Shown here: positions 23,172-32,891 of the stretch, one piece after another
Layout: each line of letters starts with the position of its first letter
How positions within the stretch are numbered: the stretch's first letter is position 1
NCBI GenBank assembly: GCA_001661245.1
Contig: KV454017.1
Location: forward strand, 1 to 64,000
Reading direction: 5' to 3'
DNA length: 64,000 nucleotides
From: Pachysolen tannophilus NRRL Y-2460
Taxonomy: Eukaryota
Notes under the pieces: model-generated
What the model was told of the DNA's origin: nothing
The model's database searches: none
Seen by the model: only the letters and a program-made list of their open reading frames with translations
Made by a program: the position numbers and the translations under genes

Positions 23172-23586
23172 TTTCTTTATTTCGTTTTTCTTTTTTAGTT
23201 TTTCTTTAGTTTTTTTTTTCTTCTTTTAATTAGGTCAAATACTTATATTTATACCCACACTCATATTCTTTCGGAAGCAAGAATACCTTTCTTTCGCTGG
23301 GCTTCGATGAGATGGATGTACGATAGCCATTGGTTGCTCACACAGATTAAACCTACAGACACACAACCCGTGCGGCTTATTATCTAAAGGTGATGAGATT
23401 AACCATGACATGCACTACTTTTATCATTAGCAGCAGCACCGACAGCACCGACGGCACCGACACCAACCACTGATTATCTATGACTGATCAGCGATGACTG
23501 ATCAGTGATCAGTCATAGATAATAAAAGTTAAGGCTTAGAACACCGTTTATATAGAGAATTCTTTTTTTATGTGAATCAATTATGG

Positions 23587-25320
23587 TCATTCTGCTCCAT
23601 TGTAGTAGTGGAAGCTATGAGATGATCCAACATTTTCGTCTTCAATGTCAATGATCACAGATTGACTGTCCTTTTCACCATTGAAACTTTTTTCTATATC
23701 TTCTTCATTTTCAAGTTTCCCAACGTTTAAGTTCTTCAATGTAAATTCTTCCACAGCAGGTCCATTTAAATATTGTAATTGATCTTGAGGAAAAATTAAT
23801 GGGAAGAAACAAGAGAAAAAAATGGAAAATAACAATATTCCTGGGAAACCTACAGCTGCTCTAGTTTCAGTGATGGCAACTTCTGCAGACAGCATTAGTA
23901 TTTCGAATGATAAGAATAAATAAAACCATTTTTTGTCAACTTTCATCAAATCTGAATAATCACCTACATTTGTATCTTTTAGTAATAATGTACGTTTATC
24001 TGTACAAATAAATTTTAAATTCCTAGTTATATCATTGCCGTATAATCCAATAACTCCCATAATCCAGAAAAGACCAGCTAGTACTGCTTGTGGTATTGTT
24101 CCCAACACAACCAATAAGGGTCTTGTCATCATTCCAATTGTTAGTAATCCTTGTAAAGTGTTGGTGACTCTTTGTTCCACAACATCAACTGCTTTATTCT
24201 GACCTGTCTTGTAATCATACTTATATACACATAACGAACTTGTATGTAATGGAGCTTGTGGAATTAATCCATTTGGAGCTGGAATCCCCAATATTCCAGA
24301 AATTCCTGTAGTCAATCCCAATAGACAAAAATCCCAATGGAAAGATGCTGGTTTTTTCAAAGGAAATTCAGATCCTTGACACATTAAAGATGAAATATTA
24401 TGATCAAAATAAAATAAACATGTGAGTAATAACGCAAATGGTAAAGCTAAAAAGACATCTCCAACTTTAATGTCTTCCCAAAACCTAATAAACCAGTCAT
24501 CAGGTCTCAAATCAGACGTTGGATGGAAAGATCTTGTTATCGGTAATTTCTCCAAATTAACATTATTCATATATCCACCAAAATGAACAAATCCAGTGAA
24601 GAATACAATAGATAATGGAGTTCCATAATCAACCAAGAATTTTCTAACCATTGGCTTGAAAAATTGAGAGTTAATTCCAAGAAAATGAACGCCAGAACCA
24701 AACATAAACATTAATAAAGATACCATTACCGACATAAACCCACTATCAGTTCCATAATTAAACTGATTACATAGAATTTGAATTCCTTTTTGAATATAGA
24801 TGATATTTATGAAAACCCCAAAAACGTTACAAGAATATTTAGTAACATATCTTAAATAGTTGACCAGGTTTGTAAAAGCCAATATGAAATGGAAAAGCAG
24901 AGACCATAAACATATCCAACACATGAACAGAAAATACGGTATCCCCTTTGGCTCTATTATATCATAGACTGTATAATTGAAAATTGAAATGGGACCCGTC
25001 ACACCAACAATACATAATGGTTGACCGCTAAATAATCCGAAAACTATACCTCCCATAGCACTTGACAACAAAACTTCATTGACACCATATGATTTATGAG
25101 TCTTATCATACATATCAAGTGCAAAGGCAATCGCTGGAAGTAAGTTGGTGAAAAATATATAAACCGTCGCAGGAATAACCCTATAGTTTTTAAAACCATC
25201 AACAAAATCTGATTTGTAAAATACCAACCTTTCTCTTATATCTCGATATATACCTTTACCAAAAAATTTTACATGGTTTCTATAGGCCCCCTTCAAAAAC
25301 TTAATAACCTTTCTATTCAT
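23587..25320 (-). CDS. BOR1: SLC4-family borate transporter
   Basis: FFTNLLPAIAF, FSGQPLCIVGVTGP, LFYFDHNISSL, FPLKKPASFHWDF, NGLIPQAPLHT, VVEQRVTN. First ATG is at 25320. Confidence 0.93.
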   Translation of the reverse strand: MNRKVIKFLKGAYRNHVKFFGKGIYRDIRERLVFYKSDFVDGFKNYRVIPATVYIFFTNLLPAIAFALDMYDKTHKSYGVNEVLLSSAMGGIVFGLFSGQPLCIVGVTGPISIFNYTVYDIIEPKGIPYFLFMCWICLWSLLFHFILAFTNLVNYLRYVTKYSCNVFGVFINIIYIQKGIQILCNQFNYGTDSGFMSVMVSLLMFMFGSGVHFLGINSQFFKPMVRKFLVDYGTPLSIVFFTGFVHFGGYMNNVNLEKLPITRSFHPTSDLRPDDWFIRFWEDIKVGDVFLALPFALLLTCLFYFDHNISSLMCQGSEFPLKKPASFHWDFCLLGLTTGISGILGIPAPNGLIPQAPLHTSSLCVYKYDYKTGQNKAVDVVEQRVTNTLQGLLTIGMMTRPLLVVLGTIPQAVLAGLFWIMGVIGLYGNDITRNLKFICTDKRTLLLKDTNVGDYSDLMKVDKKWFYLFLSFEILMLSAEVAITETRAAVGFPGILLFSIFFSCFFPLIFPQDQLQYLNGPAVEEFTLKNLNVGKLENEEDIEKSFNGEKDSQSVIIDIEDENVGSSHSFHYYNGAE

Positions 25321-25540
25321 TAGGGCAAACAAGATAGCTTCATCAGTACATAGATAATCACTTCAACTTTTCGAAAAATCATGGCAATTTAAATATTTCA
25401 ATTATATACCATCTCTGGTGAATTATCTTCATTTACTCTTATTTTCAATGCGGAGACTTTTTAGAGCCATTTGAACTACAATTCGAGTTTTAAAGGAAAC
25501 CGACGACATCAAGTCATTCAAAATTCTATTTGTTATTTAA

Positions 25541-28500
25541 CTAAGCTACAAAAGTCTTCAATTCTATATGAGCGTCTTCAGCTTCATTATTGTTATCTAG
25601 GCCGTTGGCTTCGTTGCCATTGAATTTGACCAACATTTCAGTTTGTAATTTTTGTTGGCTGTTTAAAACATCGCTAACAATTGTTTTAAAAATCTCTGTA
25701 TCGAGTCTTATCAAATCCAACAATTTCTTATGAACATAGGCTCTGTCAATGCTATCAAACCATAGTAATAGTGGTACCAACAAGGAGTAAGAAGATAGTT
25801 TGGCTTTCTCCTCTGTAAGCTGTTTTGTGAAAAGCATTAATAATTCCATTATTAATCTCGGCTCTGAAACTTCGTTATTGATTAATAACTTGATAAGCTT
25901 TGGGATTAAGTTTTTTAAGATTAAAGAGGAAGTGTTGTTATTTGAATTAGCTGATTGCAATATAAGCTTTTTAATTGACTGTGTGGCAATAGCAACTGAA
26001 GTATCAGAAGCGATTGCTCGAATTAATGAGTCAACTATGGTCTCTATTTCGTCTTCTGTTAATGCTAGATCTTGATCTGTTCCAATAAAGATCATATATG
26101 TCAATAGTGAAGTATTGCTTTTATTTCTAACTAGAACTGGTTTGAGTTCTTTGTAGAAATTTATCGATAAATCTTCTTGTCCATTTGCCTTCAAAATCCC
26201 CAAAGTCGTCTTCAACATAGGCAAAATATTTGTAATAATATCATTATTATCAAACTTGTAAATCAATGCAAAAATGTACAATAAACATGAACACAAATCA
26301 ATTTGAATTAACGTTGGTAATTTGGTAATCATTATAATCAAACTACTAAATGATTTTTTCAAAAGCATCAAGTCTGGCTTTTTAATACTCTTGGGTTTAT
26401 TATTATCCAAATCACCATAAACAATAAATGGAAGGATTTGAACAATACCGGATGTTACAATCCTGACCAATTCAAACAATTTATCAATATCATTATGTAA
26501 CTCTTCCTCTGATTTTGAGCTATTATTATCGCTGTCAAAATAACACAAATAAATATCTGTGGAGATATCTATAACAACTAGTTTGTCATCATAATCATCT
26601 ATTAATAATAGCTTATCAAGCAAATCTATCACTTCGGAAAAAATCAAATCGTGGAAAATTACTTTCGAACAGCTCTTAACAGTTAATAAATTCTTCAAAC
26701 ATTGCAAAGTTGAAGACTGTAAACTCAAATTTTGAGAATTTCCTGAGGACGATGAACTGGTTTTAAACAATATTTCAATACATTGACCAAAGATAATGAA
26801 GTAAAAACTATCTAAACTATCTTCTAGAAGTTTTGAAATTAAATGTTGATTCTCTTTGAAAATCAAGCAAATAACCTTCAAAAAAGTTAATCTGTAATCC
26901 TGGTAATAGTCTAAAGTTATAGAGTCACTTTGATTTGTAAAAAAATCACCTCCATATTTCAACATTGAAAATTCCTTTATAGAATATATCCACATTGGCA
27001 GCAAAATTTCCATATATTTATCAATTAAATCTTTCAATTCCCCATCAGTATCAGAACAATTGTTTTTCAAATTTGCCCAACAATTTAAAACTGAAAGTAA
27101 TATTTTGTTTTGATCATTTACCGTTATTACTTCAATATCTCCAATTTTTAAATCGTTATCGGGCTTTCTATTAGCTTTAACTATTGATAAATTTTCAATC
27201 GAAGAAGTTAGAATTTTAATAATTCTAGACAATCTGGCCAATGTTGTTATGTTGCTACTAATCAATTTACTGGCAATTGTAAAACCTTGACTAGCTAAAT
27301 CAATATTAGAGCCTTTTGTAAAAGCTGGAATAATTGCACTAATAATTTGAGCTTGTTGCTGGTCCAAAATTGATAAGGTTGGATATAATGGATCCTTCAA
27401 GTCAGCATATATATCCAAAATGTCTCCCAAGAGCTCAAGACCCAAAAACCTTAATTTCAAAAGCTGAGAAGTAGATGAAACAAACGCAATTCTCACTAGA
27501 TCCGAAATTCTAGTCGAAATATATAAATATAATTTCCGATCATTTTTGGTATAAGACAATAACTGTATTAATAATTTTAATAATCGTATCTTAAATCTCC
27601 AACTAATTGGCTCTTCTTCTGCAATTTGCTGAGCCGGGGTAGAATCCACCATTTTAAGATTTTTTTCCGCTTGCTGATCATCATTATCGGCACCTTCAAG
27701 ATTGTTCTCGTTATCTGTGTTAAGTCCTTCTGGGTTAATAGTAACTTCTTCATCACTTGAATCATTTTCGTCCCCTTCAGCTCTTCTTGTTGAAAAAGAT
27801 TTATTTTCTTCATTTACATTCTGTTGCTTTGTAGACGTCATTGCAACTTTTGATCTGCCGACAAATAAAGAGCCGCTGTTGTTAATTCTATTTTTGAAAC
27901 CTTCATTTAAAGGTTTATAAAGGTCCTGTTCTATAAAATTAAACTTTTCAGTTAAATCATTCAACCATTTGAGCTTGTTCTCTTTGGTGCTTGAAATACT
28001 AGTGACGTCTGTTTCTAACCAAATCTGAAATATTTTGAAAATTTTATCAGTTGATCTTGATGATTCTAAAATGATCCATAATAATGGCTGTAGATCTTTT
28101 GAGAGGATTTTGTATAAATCTTCGGGAGAGGAATTTATTTTGAGCAATTGATAATATGAATTCGTGACAAGTTCTATTAACTTATCGCTTGTTGTCATTG
28201 GATAAAGTTCAACATTACCTAATTTCTCTGCCTCATTGACAACATCTAAAAGAGGTAAATATGGGAGATTTTCATTGTAACATCCTGTTTTGAAGTTGTT
28301 TACCATCAAAAAGTTTAAAACACCATACACTATATCCAGTTTAAAAAAATTCTTATCAAATATCATCAACTCGTCAAATATCTTAATTAGTTCTCTCGAA
28401 ATCAAATCATAGTTAGAAGTTGTCAAAAGCATAATATCCAATACAAAATTTTTCAAAAACTTTTTGTCTTTTTTAGATAAAAGATTTATACTTGGACCCA

Positions 28501-31500
28501 ACAAATTAACTAAAACCCTTGTTAATTTTATCAATGCTAAATTTGAATCAGCACCCTTATACGTAAAATTTAAGTTTGAAGATATAATCAACTTAGAGTT
28601 GATACCATATTCATCAGAAGTATAGCATTGTTCGCAAATTTTTAAAACTTTAGACAATAGTTGATTTGATCCATCAAAATTAATATAGTTTTCCAAAATG
28701 ATAACCAATGCTTCTAAAGACCAATGATGAACAACTGGGTGAGGATCAATATTTAAAGCAAAAACAACATTCAATATCGAAGAAGGATTAACATTTTTGT
28801 TATTGTATTTGAAAATATACGCCAAAGTCAAAACATCAGATGACCTAGAATATGGCAAATTATTCTCAACAATATGATTAATGAAATAGTTAACTTGCTC
28901 ATTAAAAATACTTTTGTTATCCTCATTGAGTAAAGATAAGCACAAACCAACAGATTCTGCATTCAACTTATTTACAAACAAGTCTTCAGACGAGAGCCTT
29001 TTAATGGTATCTATTATTATAGTTGCAACAAGTTTATATAACTTCAGGTTTTGTGCATTCCCAGAAATCATTAACTTACTGTTTAAAGCATTCAACATAC
29101 CGTGAATTGCAACCGAGGAATTTATAATTATAGCTTTTTGTCTTCTATAATTAAAGGATTCATGTTGAATCACATTTTTGTCATTGACTACTCCTAATTT
29201 TTTCTCTCCTGAATAAAGCATTCCTAATCTTATAGTTTCTAAAACAGACTGTTGAACCTTAATTGATAAATGAGGAAATATCAATTCAAACAATTCAATT
29301 GATATATCAGTAATCATGGTATCGACACTAACAACATTTATCTTAGTATTCGAATAATGAGTTTTTGGAAATAAAAGTAATGATAAATAATCGTTTAATA
29401 AATTAGGCTGACAAGGCTGAAACAAACTTCTAGCTAAATCCTCAAATTTTGAGATTGAAGACAAATTTGAAATCAAAGATTTTGATTCAATAATAAATCC
29501 TGTTGAGTTTGCAACAGTATCAATATCATAGTCTTCGTCGCTTCCATAAAACTTTTTCGAATTTTTACGGCCACTTTTAATTAATAGCTCATCCACTTGA
29601 AACATATTAATCTTACTAGTAAGTCCAAAAGTTAGTCCATCATTAATACCATAAATATCCATTTCATCAATGATTTCTTTTTCTTCTGCCAACTCAACAA
29701 CCTCGTTTCTATCTTTTGTCTTTGAATATGTTGATTCACTCGCTAATACATAGTTGAACAATTTGTAGTCATTAAAATTCTTAATAACATGAACCAATAA
29801 GTCAGAATTAATCAAAAATTCATCCACTTCAATCATCTGTGGGGCAAGCTTAATATAACATGTTAAAACTCTTAGTTTTTGTAATTGAAGAGTCTGTTTC
29901 AATGGAGTAGGAACTGGTAAATCAGTTAATTGCAGTTCTATAGATAATATAAAATTATAAGCTTTGGTTAAAATTAAAGTTATTTGCCTTAATAAATCAG
30001 GAGTAAAAGTACCTTCCGAATAATTGATAAAACATACTAGACAAGATAATGCGTTATTTTTGATTTCTAAAAATTTCATCAATTCATTAAAACTGGAAAA
30101 TTTTTGTGTCGTTCTATCATATTTAATAAAATGAGACGGAATATTATGAGCCAATAAACTTTTCCAAATATTTAATAACTGTGAACTTTCAAAAAGAAAA
30201 ATATTTTTGGATTCTGTATAATAATTGAATAACCCCATCATTAAAATCCAACACATTACTTGTCTTTCATAATTTTCATTATTAATACTGGAAAAATCAT
30301 TTCCACTAACCAAATTATTAATTAATACACTTGAACTAAATTTTTTCAAAAAAGAAGTTGATAATGATAATAGAGATAAACTGAAATCAGTTGGAATTGA
30401 ATTGGATTGTGAAAGAACAGAAGCAATCAACAACGACTTTGAATGAGTCTTGATAAAAGTATCACTATTATCCTTATTCTTATTTTCTATTAAATCGTTT
30501 AATTCTTTAAAAGTTTTTGACAAGACTGAATTTGAATCAGTTACTAATAAGAGTTGAGTTAAAGTTTCAATAGCAACTACTCTAATATATGGATGTCTAT
30601 CTAATGATAATTCCAATAATTTGGATTGCATACGTTCAATGGATGAAGATTCTCTTGTTAATAAGTACTGATCTAAATCCTTTATTAACAGTTTAATTAA
30701 ATTTAGGCAAGATATTGTTTTATATGAATTCGAAGTATCCAAATTTTTATCATTTTCAAATAAATTTACCAATAATATTGCCTTATTTATATCAGATCTT
30801 ATTTCTTCCAATAAAAATTCATAAATATAAGTTAAATGGGATAAAACGTTTATAGCATCATTATAATTAGAATTTGTATTTATTGCCATTCTATTATTTT
30901 CTTTAGAAGGTTTTTCATTATTGAAAATTTTAGTTAATGTTAAATCGATAATTTGGAAAGATTTCAAACTAACAAAATTACTTGCTGATGTACCTAAGGA
31001 ACCACTTTGAAAATAAAGATTTAACTTGCTTAAAAATTGTGTCAAGACTTCTACCAAACCTATCTTTATCTTGTAGTTATTAGTCAAATTTAAATAATTT
31101 TCCCAGATATAATTAATTGTGAAATTAAAAACTGTATCCTCATTAGAAGTATTAAATCCATAATTAATATAACTGAAAACTAATAAATCACTAATATTTT
31201 TGGATACAGATAATCTCAAATTTTTAAAATTTGTATTTAAAGCCGAAACTAAAGATGACAAATGTAAAGCAATTGAATTTATATAATGATAAGGATGATT
31301 ATGTGATTTCTTTGTTGCAATTGAACTAACAAAAGTTTCTGTTTTCAATAAACTTGTTAAAATATTGTTTACATGAATAATTGATAAAATTGAAAAAGAA
31401 TAAACTTCTTTATCAACTGTATATTTTGTCTTTGTGGTTATTAATTTATGTAATTTAAACAACCTATTCATTGTCTTTACATCCAAGTTACTGACATTTG

Positions 31501-32023
31501 ATCTTAAAACAACATCAATGAGTACTAAGAATTGATCAAAATAATGTGAATTAAATTCATGATGGTTAAAATTATCAATTATTTTCTTCAAATGCTTATA
31601 AGAGATATTCAATATCTCTGACTTAAAAGAATTTAAGAAGCCTCCAAATTTGATATATAATAAACTTAAACAATGAACTGCTAATTGTTTTTCAATTGAA
31701 TAATAAGTCCTTATGGTTAATTTTGAAGAATTTAAAAAACTTAAAAATTTATTTGATAACTCAATTAACTTGATTTGAAATTTAAAATATCCATTAGATA
31801 ACAATTTTGATAAAGTCAACAAATATAGATTAGCAATCAACTTAATTGTAATATTATTCAAATCTTGTAAATCTTCTCTATTAATTATCAGATTTATCTG
31901 ATCGTACAAGAAATTCAAATCATCATTCGAAATTTCAGATGTATTAACTAATAAACCAAATACAGAATTCAAATAATCATAAAGATTGACACTAGCATCG
32001 TACTTATAGTCATCTATACCCAT
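25541..32023 (-). CDS. LAA1: AP-1 accessory HEAT-repeat protein (HEATR5/Laa1)
   Basis: About 2160-aa HEAT protein with DPHPVVHHWSLEAL, ISDLVRIAF, DPLYPTLSILDQQQAQIISA and a C-terminal IELKTF. Lies near NUC1. First ATG is at 32023. Confidence 0.88.
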   Translation of the reverse strand: MGIDDYKYDASVNLYDYLNSVFGLLVNTSEISNDDLNFLYDQINLIINREDLQDLNNITIKLIANLYLLTLSKLLSNGYFKFQIKLIELSNKFLSFLNSSKLTIRTYYSIEKQLAVHCLSLLYIKFGGFLNSFKSEILNISYKHLKKIIDNFNHHEFNSHYFDQFLVLIDVVLRSNVSNLDVKTMNRLFKLHKLITTKTKYTVDKEVYSFSILSIIHVNNILTSLLKTETFVSSIATKKSHNHPYHYINSIALHLSSLVSALNTNFKNLRLSVSKNISDLLVFSYINYGFNTSNEDTVFNFTINYIWENYLNLTNNYKIKIGLVEVLTQFLSKLNLYFQSGSLGTSASNFVSLKSFQIIDLTLTKIFNNEKPSKENNRMAINTNSNYNDAINVLSHLTYIYEFLLEEIRSDINKAILLVNLFENDKNLDTSNSYKTISCLNLIKLLIKDLDQYLLTRESSSIERMQSKLLELSLDRHPYIRVVAIETLTQLLLVTDSNSVLSKTFKELNDLIENKNKDNSDTFIKTHSKSLLIASVLSQSNSIPTDFSLSLLSLSTSFLKKFSSSVLINNLVSGNDFSSINNENYERQVMCWILMMGLFNYYTESKNIFLFESSQLLNIWKSLLAHNIPSHFIKYDRTTQKFSSFNELMKFLEIKNNALSCLVCFINYSEGTFTPDLLRQITLILTKAYNFILSIELQLTDLPVPTPLKQTLQLQKLRVLTCYIKLAPQMIEVDEFLINSDLLVHVIKNFNDYKLFNYVLASESTYSKTKDRNEVVELAEEKEIIDEMDIYGINDGLTFGLTSKINMFQVDELLIKSGRKNSKKFYGSDEDYDIDTVANSTGFIIESKSLISNLSSISKFEDLARSLFQPCQPNLLNDYLSLLLFPKTHYSNTKINVVSVDTMITDISIELFELIFPHLSIKVQQSVLETIRLGMLYSGEKKLGVVNDKNVIQHESFNYRRQKAIIINSSVAIHGMLNALNSKLMISGNAQNLKLYKLVATIIIDTIKRLSSEDLFVNKLNAESVGLCLSLLNEDNKSIFNEQVNYFINHIVENNLPYSRSSDVLTLAYIFKYNNKNVNPSSILNVVFALNIDPHPVVHHWSLEALVIILENYINFDGSNQLLSKVLKICEQCYTSDEYGINSKLIISSNLNFTYKGADSNLALIKLTRVLVNLLGPSINLLSKKDKKFLKNFVLDIMLLTTSNYDLISRELIKIFDELMIFDKNFFKLDIVYGVLNFLMVNNFKTGCYNENLPYLPLLDVVNEAEKLGNVELYPMTTSDKLIELVTNSYYQLLKINSSPEDLYKILSKDLQPLLWIILESSRSTDKIFKIFQIWLETDVTSISSTKENKLKWLNDLTEKFNFIEQDLYKPLNEGFKNRINNSGSLFVGRSKVAMTSTKQQNVNEENKSFSTRRAEGDENDSSDEEVTINPEGLNTDNENNLEGADNDDQQAEKNLKMVDSTPAQQIAEEEPISWRFKIRLLKLLIQLLSYTKNDRKLYLYISTRISDLVRIAFVSSTSQLLKLRFLGLELLGDILDIYADLKDPLYPTLSILDQQQAQIISAIIPAFTKGSNIDLASQGFTIASKLISSNITTLARLSRIIKILTSSIENLSIVKANRKPDNDLKIGDIEVITVNDQNKILLSVLNCWANLKNNCSDTDGELKDLIDKYMEILLPMWIYSIKEFSMLKYGGDFFTNQSDSITLDYYQDYRLTFLKVICLIFKENQHLISKLLEDSLDSFYFIIFGQCIEILFKTSSSSSGNSQNLSLQSSTLQCLKNLLTVKSCSKVIFHDLIFSEVIDLLDKLLLIDDYDDKLVVIDISTDIYLCYFDSDNNSSKSEEELHNDIDKLFELVRIVTSGIVQILPFIVYGDLDNNKPKSIKKPDLMLLKKSFSSLIIMITKLPTLIQIDLCSCLLYIFALIYKFDNNDIITNILPMLKTTLGILKANGQEDLSINFYKELKPVLVRNKSNTSLLTYMIFIGTDQDLALTEDEIETIVDSLIRAIASDTSVAIATQSIKKLILQSANSNNNTSSLILKNLIPKLIKLLINNEVSEPRLIMELLMLFTKQLTEEKAKLSSYSLLVPLLLWFDSIDRAYVHKKLLDLIRLDTEIFKTIVSDVLNSQQKLQTEMLVKFNGNEANGLDNNNEAEDAHIELKTFVA

Positions 32024-32564
32024 TGCTACCACTATTGATGATTGATACAACTTTAATAAAAATGAATATACAATACAAAAAATATTTAACACTTATACAA
32101 AAATTCAAACTATAACTCGAAAACAAGTGAACTACAAAAACCAAAACGGAGAAGTTTTTGGCTAATCTTTTTCTCCGTTTCAGAAATATAAATTTTTTCC
32201 GTTTTTATTTCTTCTCCTTTACGGAGAATATTGGAGGTTGAAGATTGATCATCACCATCATCATCACCATCACCATTCATTATCATTATGGCTATCATTG
32301 GCATTGTTACCATCGGTACAGTAAGTATTAAATAATAAATAAAACGAGTATGTAGTTATTGAATATGAGTTGAAAAAAAAAAAAAAACATAAAATGTGAA
32401 ATCTATAAAATTGCAAACAAAATAAATAAAAAGCAAATCAAATCATGAATCTCGTAAAAATAAAAAAATATAATAATAATAATAATAATAATAATAGAAT
32501 AACAATAAATAAATAATAATAAATATTATTAACGCATTCTGTGTGAATGAAAAGAAAAAAAATC

Positions 32565-32891
32565 TTACTCTTTGGAAGAGTTTTCAATTGCTTTTAATAA
32601 AGTATTTAAAGCTTCTAAATTATCTCTGTTGGAATTTGAAACACTAATAACGTTACTATTGACTAAACGATGAATAGTAGCATCTAAATTGAATTTTTTA
32701 GTAGCAGCAGAAGAATTAGAATCTTTAAAAGATGGAGAAGACAATGTAGTACCCACTGATGAAGCTGAAGAAGGTGATCTCGAGAATAATGAAGGAATTT
32801 TCAGAGTTTCTTCATTTGATGGTGAAGAAGAATCTTCAACATTTGAATCTTGTTGTAATTCATTCAACTCGTTAATTAACTTTAATTGGCC
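32565..32891 (-). CDS. +1-frame continuation of the Zn2Cys6 gene (108 aa), probably joined by ribosomal frameshifting
   Basis: Overlaps the upstream ORF end and has the same Ser-rich, protein-like composition. It is entered exactly by a +1 shift at GCG-AGG-C (32895-32889). Confidence 0.6.
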   Translation of the reverse strand, partial: GQLKLINELNELQQDSNVEDSSSPSNEETLKIPSLFSRSPSSASSVGTTLSSPSFKDSNSSAATKKFNLDATIHRLVNSNVISVSNSNRDNLEALNTLLKAIENSSKE

